Source of the DNA: a virus
Lineage: Duplodnaviria; Caudoviricetes
Virus record (IMG/VR): IMGVR_UViG_3300033121_002354
Span: 1-64,000 of that record
Reading direction: 5' to 3' (one strand)
Length of the DNA: 64,000 nucleotides
This document shows, piece after piece, positions 1 to 8,649 of the stretch. The notes beneath the pieces were generated by a model, which had not been told where the DNA came from, searched no databases, and was given only the letters and a program-made list of their open reading frames with translations. Numbering within the stretch: position 1 is the stretch's first letter; every line of letters starts with the position of its first letter. The translations under genes were made by a program, and so were the position numbers.

Positions 1-225
1 TGGACTGCAGACATTCACGTTTCTTCTCGTATGGACCCCGATACCGTGCTTGTCGTAGCTTCACCTGACACAGTTGGTGCATTCCCGGTTCGTCAAGATA
101 TTACTGTGCTTCCAGCAGATGATCCTAAGAAATTACGCCTCGGATGGGTAATTTATGAGGAAGTAGGCATTGTGATAATGAACGACTATTCTGCTTCAAA
201 AATTGAAGTAACTGCAGGTACGTAA
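1..225 (+). CDS. C-terminal part of probable major capsid protein (5' partial)
   Basis: Frame open from base 1 (WTADIHVSSRMDPDTVLVVASPDTVGAFPVRQDITVLPADDPKKLRLGWVIYEEVGIVIMNDYSASKIEV); resembles C-termini of large-phage capsid proteins; followed by a strong terminator. Confidence 0.6.
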   Translation, partial: WTADIHVSSRMDPDTVLVVASPDTVGAFPVRQDITVLPADDPKKLRLGWVIYEEVGIVIMNDYSASKIEVTAGT

Positions 226-276
226 TCACTAACTAAAAGTGCGTTTTTAGTAATGAAAACGCATTTATTGATGCTT

Positions 277-311
277 AAAAGGGCAATCCGAAAGGGTTGC
301 CCTTTTCTTTT
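277..311 (+). terminator. Intrinsic terminator
   Basis: AAAAGGGCAATCC-GAAA-GGGTTGCCCTTTT stem with a GNRA loop, then T-rich tail. Confidence 0.85.
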
Positions 312-521
312 GTATATACATCTAGGCATTTTTATACGTCATCACTTATTTGATAAAGTATATACAGTTTTACAATTCTGTATATACACAATAAAATAGC
401 TAAAAGGATTCTGATTATAAAAAATGTATATACACAAACAATGAATCATTGAACACATTTGTAAACACGCTTATGAACACGTTTTTTGAGAAAATAAATT
501 GTATCGTAAAATGTATATACA
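311..521. repeat. Five copies of palindrome TGTATATACA (candidate operator array)
   Basis: Perfect copies at 311-320, 379-388, 425-434, 512-521; one-mismatch copy at 357-366. Confidence 0.75.
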
Positions 522-526
522 GGTGA

Positions 527-1219
527 TTGATGTTCAAAGATGAATGGTACTATTTGGCGGGCGTATATTTTGGGGATGGTCACATATACTATGCAGACTG
601 TTCATATCAATTCACGGTTGTTTCAGAAGATTTAGATCTTTGCACAAATTGTTCTCGTATTACCAACAAGCTGTTCAACAGTCCTGGCACAATAAGTTTT
701 TCTGGTGGTTGTAACAAATTAGTTGTCTGTTCAAAATCGTTGTGCGATGCTTTGCTTGATTGTATGTCCAGTGGTAAATATTGCAATTATAAAAAGCTCA
801 GTAAAATAGAAAAAAAGAATAAGCTTCCCGAATTTTCTTCAACCGAAGAAAGAGACAGTTTTATCACCGGACTTATGGATTCTGACGGATGGATTAGCAA
901 AAGAAAAAATGGCATTTACACAAAATACGAAATTGGATTCAAAAACACAAACATTTTAACTCCAACCTTATATGAAGTATTTTCTGATATTGGTATCAAA
1001 TGTAATAAACTTAACTTTTGTCAAGAAAAAACACTGTTAAGAAATGGCAAACTTTCACACGAAAAAGCCCAATGGAACTGGACAATGAATATTCCAAGCT
1101 TTTTAACCAAAGCTCATTTTGGTATATCACGAAAAATAAATCTTTGTTTAGAATACACAGATTATATTAACAGGAACAAAAATGGAAAAGAACAAAACTA
1201 CATTAATACGTCTTTCTGA
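527..1219 (+). CDS. LAGLIDADG homing endonuclease (two motifs)
   Basis: YYLAGVYFGDG and FITGLMDSDG motifs about 100 aa apart. Confidence 0.85.
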   Translation: MMFKDEWYYLAGVYFGDGHIYYADCSYQFTVVSEDLDLCTNCSRITNKLFNSPGTISFSGGCNKLVVCSKSLCDALLDCMSSGKYCNYKKLSKIEKKNKLPEFSSTEERDSFITGLMDSDGWISKRKNGIYTKYEIGFKNTNILTPTLYEVFSDIGIKCNKLNFCQEKTLLRNGKLSHEKAQWNWTMNIPSFLTKAHFGISRKINLCLEYTDYINRNKNGKEQNYINTSF

Positions 1220-2372
1220 ACGTGACAACAGTCTTCTTGCTATCAAGTCAACTATTTTAGGACTAGACAAGTCCAAGCTAATGAGGGATGGAGCATTTAC
1301 TTATTGGAATGGACGCGGCATAAACGCAGAAGATATGCTTTCCAGGTGGCAAAATGGTGATGCAAATATCAAATCTGCGGTGGTTGATTTGTTGTTTGAA
1401 TATTTTCGCAGACAAGGATATCCCCATAACAAGCTATCTCAACAAAAGCTAATAAAAGAAATGACCAAAATTAGTAATAGTCCTTCTCCATTACTAGAGG
1501 ATGATCACCTTCAAACTACAACTGTGGGCTTATCACTGCCAAATAATTTTCATCGTCACATGGTCAAAGTGCATTGTATGAAAAAACAACTATCTCCTTG
1601 GGATTTATATAACGATGATGTACTATTTAAAGACGCTATCAACAGGTGGATGGAACTAGGCAAAAAACCTTCACACACTGGTTTAAGACGTATTTTGCGT
1701 ACAAGAAATGGGGTACGCTCCGTAGTTAACTTTAAGCCTGTAATAGCCCGCTATATCTACGATACATATGCACCTGCTAACGGAATAGTCCTTGACCCTT
1801 GTGCTGGTTTTGGAGGCCGGTTATCTGGACTAATCTCTACCAATAAGAACCTTTTGTATCACGGCATTGATCCTTGTGGAGATACTGCAAGTGGAAACAT
1901 GAAGATGGCAAGCTTCTTTTCTAAACAACACACTCTATATGGGATGAAATGGAAATTCAAGTTCCGATTTGACCTGGGTTGTGCAGAAGAAGTAATGACC
2001 GAATTAAACGATAACAGTTATGATTTAGTGTTTACAAGTCCACCTTATTTTGACACTGAGAAATACGAAGAAAACAATCCCAATCAATCTTATATTAAAT
2101 TTCCTAATTATGAGAAGTGGAAGAATGGATTTTTGGCTGTGGTTATACAGGAAAGTGCAAGGATATTGAAACCTGGTTGTCATTTAATTTGGAACGTAAA
2201 GAACTACAAAAAAATGAACATTGGAGATGACAGCATTTATTTTGCACAGCTATATGGACTAAAGTTGATCAAAACTTACAAAATGAGACTCATGAACAGT
2301 GAATACAACAGAAAAAAGGTTGACGGGGCTTGCACGTACCACAGTGAACCAATATTTGTATTTCAGAAATAA
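1182..2372 (+). CDS. Amino (N4-C/N6-A) DNA methyltransferase with N-terminal ribbon-helix-helix-like segment
   Basis: SAM-binding VLDPCAGFGGRL; catalytic FTSPPYF; N-terminal KTTLIRLSERDNSLL...DKSKLMRD resembles CopG/RHH. Confidence 0.85.
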   Translation: MEKNKTTLIRLSERDNSLLAIKSTILGLDKSKLMRDGAFTYWNGRGINAEDMLSRWQNGDANIKSAVVDLLFEYFRRQGYPHNKLSQQKLIKEMTKISNSPSPLLEDDHLQTTTVGLSLPNNFHRHMVKVHCMKKQLSPWDLYNDDVLFKDAINRWMELGKKPSHTGLRRILRTRNGVRSVVNFKPVIARYIYDTYAPANGIVLDPCAGFGGRLSGLISTNKNLLYHGIDPCGDTASGNMKMASFFSKQHTLYGMKWKFKFRFDLGCAEEVMTELNDNSYDLVFTSPPYFDTEKYEENNPNQSYIKFPNYEKWKNGFLAVVIQESARILKPGCHLIWNVKNYKKMNIGDDSIYFAQLYGLKLIKTYKMRLMNSEYNRKKVDGACTYHSEPIFVFQK

Positions 2373-2389
2373 CATGTTACAATATTTTC

Positions 2390-2593
2390 ATGGGATATTT
2401 CGCATCTAGATTTCTCGGCAAAGAAATAGATTATTGGAAGCACAGAGCACGCCGTAACTTCTTTAATAAGAAGGTTCTTGAACTGAAAAAGATTGCACAA
2501 GAAATTATTGCCAAGGACAATGATCCTGATTGTACCGTTCATCTTGTTGATGGGTACAGGCAGAAGATAGAAGAAATATCTCAATGGATGTGA
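2390..2593 (+). CDS. Hypothetical protein
   Basis: 67 aa ORF; TGnTACAAT six nt upstream of ATG. Confidence 0.55.
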   Translation: MGYFASRFLGKEIDYWKHRARRNFFNKKVLELKKIAQEIIAKDNDPDCTVHLVDGYRQKIEEISQWM

Positions 2594-2598
2594 TAAAT

Positions 2599-2698
2599 GC
2601 GGGTGCAACATGTGTAACAAAGTACACGGAGCACATGTTGGCATGGAACGCCTCTCGGCTTATGTTGAAGCACGTCGGTTCGAATCCGGCCACCCGCA
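2599..2698 (+). ncRNA. Atypical tRNA-like RNA
   Basis: Acceptor stem GCGGGTG/CACCCGC plus A; T-arm GTCGG-TTCGAAT-CCGGC; D and anticodon arms replaced by a 10-bp stem (CAACATGTGT/GCACATGTTG) and an irregular hairpin. Confidence 0.6.
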
Positions 2699-2717
2699 TT
2701 AAAATGGGGTACAAAGA

Positions 2718-2999
2718 ATGAAAAGGAAAGCAACATATAAAGAATTCAGTTCAAAGAACCTCACTAAAACAAAACAGGCATTGAGGGACGTAGGAATTCT
2801 TTTTATTAAGAAAAAAACGATATCTTATGAAGTTAGTCTTTCCTTGGATGAGTTAAGGAAGGCTGCTATTGACTTTGTAAACACTATTGAGCCTGACAGT
2901 CTTATTAACATATGTGAGCACCAGCAAGTGTATGCTAATTACGGTGGATCAGAATCTGATTCGGTTATAGTTTATTATTGGGAATACGTTAATGAATGA
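2718..2999 (+). CDS. Hypothetical protein
   Basis: 93 aa, part of a coupled gene run. Confidence 0.6.
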   Translation: MKRKATYKEFSSKNLTKTKQALRDVGILFIKKKTISYEVSLSLDELRKAAIDFVNTIEPDSLINICEHQQVYANYGGSESDSVIVYYWEYVNE

Positions 3000-3300
3000 T
3001 ACTATAGACTGGGACGATTTCTCGGAAAGCTTGATTAATATGCAAAAAGAGAAAGAGCGACTTATGTGTATTCTTCCTAAGACTGATGAAGAAGCTGATA
3101 AAATTTTTGCAGAAAACATGTTCAACGAGATACATAACTGTTTTTATGATTTACGTGAAAAAATTGAGTATTATTCAAAACCATCTCATCCTCATATATC
3201 TGCAGCATTTTCTCCATTAGCACAAAAAATATACGGTATGATAATTGATTTTCAGAGAGAATTAAACAAGCTTTCATGGTTCAATGAGGATGGCAAATGA
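2992..3300 (+). CDS. Hypothetical protein
   Basis: 102 aa, overlaps neighbours by a few bases. Confidence 0.6.
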   Translation: MNDTIDWDDFSESLINMQKEKERLMCILPKTDEEADKIFAENMFNEIHNCFYDLREKIEYYSKPSHPHISAAFSPLAQKIYGMIIDFQRELNKLSWFNEDGK

Positions 3301-3524
3301 AAACTGTCGTTGTGCAACATACTTTTGAAGTTGTTCATCAGGTGCCTGATGATTGGTCTGTGGATGACATTGAATTTTTCTTCAATGATTCGTCTTCTTG
3401 TTCAAACAATGTAGTTGATCAGATGCAAAAGCGGCCTGAAGGGTATTGCATGTGTGGCTCGCATTCTGCAAAATATCTAAGGGAAGCTGCAGAAATAGAC
3501 AAGGAAGGTTGGCTTTTAAAATGA
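3297..3524 (+). CDS. Hypothetical protein
   Basis: 75 aa, ATGA overlap, GAGG RBS. Confidence 0.6.
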   Translation: MKTVVVQHTFEVVHQVPDDWSVDDIEFFFNDSSSCSNNVVDQMQKRPEGYCMCGSHSAKYLREAAEIDKEGWLLK

Positions 3525-3886
3525 GTTATAATATTGATAGTGCACAGGTTGTCAGCAACAAGAATGCCAGAATGCGGGTAGCAGATATTCGCATGCTTCT
3601 GGCGGTAATAACAACGCCTGAAAGTTGTTTTCTTAAAAAGTTAGCAAAAAAATATACAGAAGAAACGAATAAGGATGAAGAGATCCCAGTGGATAGTTTT
3701 GAGTGGTGTGGGACGTGGAGTGGAAAAAGTTTTGATGTTCTGGAAAAACAAGTTGCTCCTCTTATTAAGGGCTATTTAGAAGTCGTGTTCGTTTGGGAGG
3801 GTGGAGATGATACTTCTGCTCTCGTTATTGAAAATGGCAAAGTCAAGAATGCAGATGTTGGTTACAAACTAACACTGAAGGAATGA
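3521..3886 (+). CDS. Hypothetical protein (start revised to MSYNID)
   Basis: ATGA overlap with the upstream stop at 3521-3524. Confidence 0.6.
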   Translation: MSYNIDSAQVVSNKNARMRVADIRMLLAVITTPESCFLKKLAKKYTEETNKDEEIPVDSFEWCGTWSGKSFDVLEKQVAPLIKGYLEVVFVWEGGDDTSALVIENGKVKNADVGYKLTLKE

Positions 3887-4230
3887 AGATGAAATTTTCT
3901 GACGTTTATAGTGGTCCCAAGATGTCGGAGTGGTTTCCTTTATCCCAAGATCCTCCTGCTCCCAAGAGCATTGGACTGATAATGGTTCGTGCTACAAGGG
4001 ATGGGCAACCAATTCCTGTGGAAGGTTCTATCAATACTGATGAAGATGGAACCATATACATTAAAGCGTGTGACAATATTTGGTTGTTTGTGCGTTGGCT
4101 TTATGCCAGTTTAAAATTCCGTAACAAGTTATCAGTTCTTCATCCTGCGGCTGAAGCATATTTCGGGATGGAGAATGCTGAAGAATTATATCCTATTGAT
4201 GGTTTACAGTTTTGTTATTGTGAGACATAA
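3883..4230 (+). CDS. Hypothetical protein
   Basis: 115 aa, ATGA overlap. Confidence 0.6.
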   Translation: MKMKFSDVYSGPKMSEWFPLSQDPPAPKSIGLIMVRATRDGQPIPVEGSINTDEDGTIYIKACDNIWLFVRWLYASLKFRNKLSVLHPAAEAYFGMENAEELYPIDGLQFCYCET

Positions 4231-4475
4231 TGACATCATATAAAGATTCATATTGCAATTCAGAAGCATATCAACAAGAGCACAGGTTTTGCCCAAAGTG
4301 TGGATGTGTATCTCATGGGACAACGCTTGTGTGTTGTTATGGGGATAAAGACACAAATAGATCGAGGTGTCACTGTGGATGGCATGGTGAAGTACATGAC
4401 AGAATATCGTTTAGAGTTGAAAATCCGTGTCAGTGTAAATTTTGTATAAGAAAAGATGAAACAACAGGTATATAA
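4230..4475 (+). CDS. Small Cys-rich zinc-finger-like protein
   Basis: CPKCG, CHCGW and CKFC motifs. Confidence 0.55.
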   Translation: MTSYKDSYCNSEAYQQEHRFCPKCGCVSHGTTLVCCYGDKDTNRSRCHCGWHGEVHDRISFRVENPCQCKFCIRKDETTGI

Positions 4476-4884
4476 CTTCGACGGTTCTATTAGCGATTTC
4501 GAGGCTTTGCACGGTTCAGATGTTTGGCCGTTTCCCCTTGCTCCTACCACGATCCCGTTCCATAGTTCAAGAAATCAGTTTGTTCAAAAAGTGTATAAAT
4601 ACGGGCTGCTGTTGGAACTCGACAAATCAACTGCTCGTGTACATGGAAAACTCTTTTGGGACGATATAGTTAACAATATTAACTCAGCCTGTCAGTATAT
4701 TGAAGGGGCTGATGCCATTGTTAAACGCATCATTCTTAGCCCAATTGACCTTGAACGGTTTGTAGACTGCTGTAGTGATCTAGTTAATAAAACTGATCAG
4801 GGCATGTTTATGTGGTCATGTAAGATTATATCTAGAGATATTGAACAAGGTCGTTATGTGTGTGAAGCCGATTTGACGCCCTAA
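4456..4884 (+). CDS. Hypothetical protein
   Basis: 142 aa ORF in gene run. Confidence 0.55.
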   Translation: MKQQVYNFDGSISDFEALHGSDVWPFPLAPTTIPFHSSRNQFVQKVYKYGLLLELDKSTARVHGKLFWDDIVNNINSACQYIEGADAIVKRIILSPIDLERFVDCCSDLVNKTDQGMFMWSCKIISRDIEQGRYVCEADLTP

Positions 4885-4905
4885 GCGGGTGAAATTTTGC
4901 AAGCA

Positions 4906-5293
4906 ATTAACGGAGAAAGATAATGACAAAACGTAGAATTTACAACTATGCCAAAATAGGAGAACCAAACTACACTCTTGGTGGGAATGTTTTTAAAGAT
5001 ATTACTGGCAATCCTGATCCTTTCGGACAAAGCATAGCCATCAAAACTATCCAATCTAAATTCGAAAGAATGGGTTTTAAATGCAAAGTAGAAGCTCCAC
5101 TTTGTGACATCATCATTAAAAATGATGACCCAGATTTTAGGGCAACTCGTGAATTTACTTTATCGATTGAGCATGAAAATGAGCAAGAACAAGACGTTTT
5201 GTTGCTTTTGCAACAGGCGGACGAAATGTTTGCACGGCTGGGGTATATTGGATCACCCATACATACATTAACGGAGAAAGATAATGACAAAAC
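4906..5293 (+). repeat. 27-bp direct repeat covering RBS and start codon of two adjacent genes
   Basis: ATTAACGGAGAAAGATAATGACAAAAC at 4906-4932 and 5267-5293. Confidence 0.9.
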
Positions 5294-5312
5294 TAACACA
5301 GGCAATGGTTGA
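4923..5312 (+). CDS. Hypothetical protein
   Basis: 129 aa, GGAG RBS. Confidence 0.6.
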   Translation: MTKRRIYNYAKIGEPNYTLGGNVFKDITGNPDPFGQSIAIKTIQSKFERMGFKCKVEAPLCDIIIKNDDPDFRATREFTLSIEHENEQEQDVLLLLQQADEMFARLGYIGSPIHTLTEKDNDKTNTGNG

Positions 5313-5778
5313 CGAGTATTTAACTACTGATTCTATCTCTGTGTGTAAAACCATTGAAAACGTTATTATTAAAAGAATAGATGAAGTATTAAGGTTTATT
5401 TTTGGAAAGAAGCTAGAGTGTTGGTATTTTCATGATGCTCCAGAAGGAAGTGTTGGAGAATTGGATAAACATTGCCTAAAAAAAAGTTATTGGATAGACT
5501 TCTGTAGTTCGTTCAAGGGCGGTTATCCAAAAGGTGTACTTGGATATTACGCAGAAAGTGTCCCATATGACTTTTTGTTCATGTCTAATGAAGACATTTT
5601 AAAATCTATTAAAGAAGACGAGGAAGAAGAAGAGAAAAAGAAGATGCTCGTTAAAAAAAAGGAAGATGAGAAAAAATTAAAAACTAATGAAAAAATAAAG
5701 AAAGCTCTTGATAAACTCTCTAAAGACGATATAAAGATATTGGGTTTAGCAAAAACAGCAAAAGAAGTAGGGCAGTAA
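5284..5778 (+). CDS. Hypothetical protein with K/E-rich coiled-coil tail
   Basis: 164 aa, GGAG RBS. Confidence 0.65.
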   Translation: MTKLTQAMVDEYLTTDSISVCKTIENVIIKRIDEVLRFIFGKKLECWYFHDAPEGSVGELDKHCLKKSYWIDFCSSFKGGYPKGVLGYYAESVPYDFLFMSNEDILKSIKEDEEEEEKKKMLVKKKEDEKKLKTNEKIKKALDKLSKDDIKILGLAKTAKEVGQ

Positions 5779-5914
5779 AATGTTTAAGCGGTTAAAGAAC
5801 AAAATCAGAGACACAGAGGTAGAGTGGGACGTATGGGTTTGGCCTATACTTATGATTATATACCTATCTTGGATAGCAAGATATGTATTAATTCTAAAGG
5901 ATTAGGAGTTTATA

Positions 5915-6286
5915 ATGGCCAACATAGAGATTACGCTGGAACAATTGAAGGTCGATTATGATTGGGCACAGGTTTTTGCTGATGAAAACGATGGTAATGT
6001 TAGCAAAACTGTACAAGTAGCACCTCCTGGTGTTGGTGTATCTGATGCTGAGATGACCAGAGAAGATGTACAAGAGATTATTGCAGCAGTTAACGGGGAA
6101 AATGATGGCAATGAATGGTTGGGATTATTTCATTTAAAAGATGGAAGATATCTGGTTGCAACAGGTGGGTGTGACTATACTGGTTGGGATTGTAGAGCGG
6201 GTAATTGTTTGATTGTTTGTTCTAGTATGGAAGATATACTACAGTTTGGGTTAAGTGCCGTTCAAAAAGAAAGACTTGAGTTATGA
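5915..6286 (+). CDS. Hypothetical phage protein
   Basis: AGGAG RBS; GENDGNEW...GGCDYTGWDC motif. Confidence 0.7.
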   Translation: MANIEITLEQLKVDYDWAQVFADENDGNVSKTVQVAPPGVGVSDAEMTREDVQEIIAAVNGENDGNEWLGLFHLKDGRYLVATGGCDYTGWDCRAGNCLIVCSSMEDILQFGLSAVQKERLEL

Positions 6287-6837
6287 ACAGACGTGAGTTC
6301 ATCAAATCTGCTGCAACCAAAGAAATACGTTCTTATGAAAGCATTAAGTTAAGTGTTCCGTGCGGAACTTATCGAGATCATTCAGGAAGAATATACAAAG
6401 ATGTGCAACATAGGTTCCCGGAGATTACGATCAAAGAGTTCGAGGATGGTTATCGTGTTGTTGATATAAATGATGATGATCATTTTGTTCCGAATGTTTC
6501 CAGCTATACTAAAATGACAGAAATATTAGAAAAATATTCCAATAATGAAAAAATAGTTATTACAACAGAATATGATGATTGTTGGGAGCAGCCATTAAAA
6601 GGTGGAAATGAATGCAGACTGTCTATAGTTGAGCTTCAATATAAGGATTTCATTCAATCTATACAGTTCAGAGGTGGCCGCAAAAGCGATTGGACATTTA
6701 ACTATATTGGCAGATACTGTATATATTTATATGCCAATATGACTATTCCGGTTAACGTAATGATCTCAATGCTGAATAAAATAACAAAAGAGTTAGTACC
6801 AGCACGCTATGATATATTAAAACGTGGTGGATTCTGA
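6283..6837 (+). CDS. Hypothetical protein with twin-arginine-like N-terminus
   Basis: MNRREFIKSAA; no clear hydrophobic h-region. Confidence 0.6.
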   Translation: MNRREFIKSAATKEIRSYESIKLSVPCGTYRDHSGRIYKDVQHRFPEITIKEFEDGYRVVDINDDDHFVPNVSSYTKMTEILEKYSNNEKIVITTEYDDCWEQPLKGGNECRLSIVELQYKDFIQSIQFRGGRKSDWTFNYIGRYCIYLYANMTIPVNVMISMLNKITKELVPARYDILKRGGF

Positions 6838-6892
6838 TATAAAAAAATAAAAAATAGGATTTAAGTTTTATTAAAGAAAGGACTAAAAGAAG

Positions 6893-7159
6893 ATGGATAT
6901 ATATACTTGCCCATTAAATTACACGTTAAAAGAAGCTTTTAAAGAAAACAGAATACAATCTGGGTATTTATTGTTATTTAAAGATGGAACAAAAATACTA
7001 GTTGGTGATGCAACGTTGTTTCATGCTCCATCTGAATCTGATGCTGGAATTGGATGGGGTGATTTCTGTGATAAAGTAATTGATACAATTATAAAACTTG
7101 ATATACCAAATGTAATATCATACAACAAAAGGAGTAAAAATGAAACATTGAAAATATAA
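6893..7159 (+). CDS. Hypothetical protein
   Basis: 88 aa, AAGGA RBS. Confidence 0.55.
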   Translation: MDIYTCPLNYTLKEAFKENRIQSGYLLLFKDGTKILVGDATLFHAPSESDAGIGWGDFCDKVIDTIIKLDIPNVISYNKRSKNETLKI

Positions 7160-7209
7160 ATCTTTAGAATATAAGATTTTTTTGGAAAATCTAGTATAAT
7201 TATATACAG

Positions 7210-7806
7210 ATGTGGTTTAAAAAATGCCAAGCATTAATGTCTTTAAAGGAACATATTGTTAATGATCCAAATTTCAAGTCGTGGTTTGGAAATAGTAAAG
7301 TAGTAGATAAATTAGGCAAACCATTAATAGTCTATAAAGGAATGTATCCTTATGACTATACTAAAGAAAAACCATTAAAATCTAATCAATATGAATTAGA
7401 TTTCAGTCAACGTGGACCTGAATTAGATACTATAAAACGACCATCACCATTTCCAACATTTGATAAAAAAGATCAAGAACCAGTTAATGTAGCAGGATTT
7501 TTTACGGATGATCCAAAAATAGCTGCAAGTTTTGCATTTACATTTACTAAAGGAGCTGTATTTCCAGTATTTCTAAGAATAGAAAACCCAAAAATATTTG
7601 ATGCCAATGGTGCTCCATCGGGGACACTTCAATTTGAAGCACCTGGGAAACCATTTAGAGATGCTGTTAGAAGTGGACAATACGATGGGGTTTTTATATT
7701 AAATACAAAAGATGAAGGAAATGTTTTTATTCCATTAAAACCCAATCAAATCAAATCTGCAATCCATAGCAAATTTAACTTTAATGACCCACGATTTGCA
7801 TACTAA
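7210..7806 (+). CDS. ADP-ribosyltransferase-like protein (ART-PolyVal type domain)
   Basis: FKSWFGNSKVVDKLGKPLIVYKG...GFFTDDP...VFPVFLRIENP...GQYDGVFI...PNQIKSA follows the ART-PolyVal pattern. Confidence 0.7.
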   Translation: MWFKKCQALMSLKEHIVNDPNFKSWFGNSKVVDKLGKPLIVYKGMYPYDYTKEKPLKSNQYELDFSQRGPELDTIKRPSPFPTFDKKDQEPVNVAGFFTDDPKIAASFAFTFTKGAVFPVFLRIENPKIFDANGAPSGTLQFEAPGKPFRDAVRSGQYDGVFILNTKDEGNVFIPLKPNQIKSAIHSKFNFNDPRFAY

Positions 7807-7905
7807 ATAAAAAAAATATATTAATTTGCGGTCCCAGGAAGGAATTTTTCTTTTTATTCCGAATAGTAAAGTTCCAAGGGAATGTCTCCCTTAAAAGAGA
7901 GTATC

Positions 7906-7974
7906 ATGAACGTAACTAATCCATCTCCGGTTGACTTAGAACGGGAACATCCCGATAGGAGATGGATTATCTAG
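7906..7974 (+). CDS. Leader peptide A (MNVTNPSPVDLEREHPDRRWII); not in ORF track
   Basis: 22 codons after AAGAGAG; in-frame alternative ATG at 7882; stop codon lies within attenuator segment 2. Confidence 0.7.
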   Translation: MNVTNPSPVDLEREHPDRRWII

Positions 7975-8041
7975 GCTTTTTAAGAGCATGTACGCCTTAA
8001 GCCCTGATAATCCTGAATAAAAGGTTATCAGGGTTTTTTTT
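7917..8041 (+). promoter_or_regulatory. Ribosome-dependent transcription attenuator A
   Basis: 1:2 = 7917-7928/7958-7969 (12 bp perfect); 2:3 = 7964-7978/7999-8013 (13 of 15); 3:4 terminator = 7999-8012/8023-8036 plus T8. Confidence 0.75.
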
Positions 8042-8057
8042 GTTCAGGGATAATATC

Positions 8058-8294
8058 ATGAAAAAAATAAAACAAATTTCAGAAAATTATGGAGCAATTC
8101 ATTCTCGTAGAGTTTATCTTTTAGATTGCACCAAAGAAGAAAAACAACAACTAAAAGATGCATTAGCGATGTTTGCTAAAATAGAAAAAATTCTAGGAGT
8201 AAAACGCAAAAATGCAGATTGGACAATGTTGCATAGCTACGGTTTTAATCAAGATGGAGTTTATGTAACAGTAGATCAGGGAGCATGTGGATGA
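8058..8294 (+). CDS. Hypothetical protein
   Basis: ATG at 8058 with AGGGA RBS; first gene after attenuator A. Confidence 0.55.
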   Translation: MKKIKQISENYGAIHSRRVYLLDCTKEEKQQLKDALAMFAKIEKILGVKRKNADWTMLHSYGFNQDGVYVTVDQGACG

Positions 8295-8464
8295 TTAACA
8301 AAGAAAGACCTCAAGCCCTTATTCTGAAAGATGAGGATGGCTCAATTTATAAAGCCATTCATGAGGCTTTGTCAATTGGTCAGAAAGTGTATCTATTAAA
8401 ATATCAGGAAGATTATGTGGATAATATTTTAAAGAATGCAAGACGTATTCTTTCTGAAGAATAA
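8291..8464 (+). CDS. Hypothetical protein (57 aa, not in ORF track)
   Basis: ATGA overlap, GGAG RBS; MINKERPQALILKDEDG...RILSEE. Confidence 0.5.
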   Translation: MINKERPQALILKDEDGSIYKAIHEALSIGQKVYLLKYQEDYVDNILKNARRILSEE

Positions 8465-8477
8465 AAATGAAATTTGT

Positions 8478-8551
8478 GGGGCCGTAGCTCAATTGGTTAG
8501 AGCATCCGCTTGTCACGCGGAAGGTTGCGAGTTCAAGTCTCGTCGGTCTCG
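8478..8551 (+). tRNA. tRNA-Asp(GTC)
   Basis: Full cloverleaf; anticodon arm TCCGC-TTGTCAC-GCGGA; no encoded CCA. Confidence 0.95.
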
Positions 8552-8570
8552 TTTGAAAAGTGAATAATAT

Positions 8571-8644
8571 GCTCCCATCGTCTAGCGGTCTAGGATGCCT
8601 GGCCTTTCAAGCCGGGGGCGTGAGTTCAAATCTCACTGGGAGTA
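8571..8644 (+). tRNA. tRNA-Glu(TTC)
   Basis: GCTCCCA/TGGGAGT; CTGGC-CTTTCAA-GCCGG. Confidence 0.93.
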
Positions 8645-8649
8645 TTCAT

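Noticed and set aside
527-1219. Intein or intron-encoded status of the LAGLIDADG gene
   Set aside because: No intein splice-junction residues, and the upstream capsid-like gene ends with its own stop and terminator.
2599-2698. tmRNA or tRNA-Sec
   Set aside because: Too short for tmRNA, with no G3:U70 and no tag ORF; no TCA anticodon loop or Sec-type acceptor stem.
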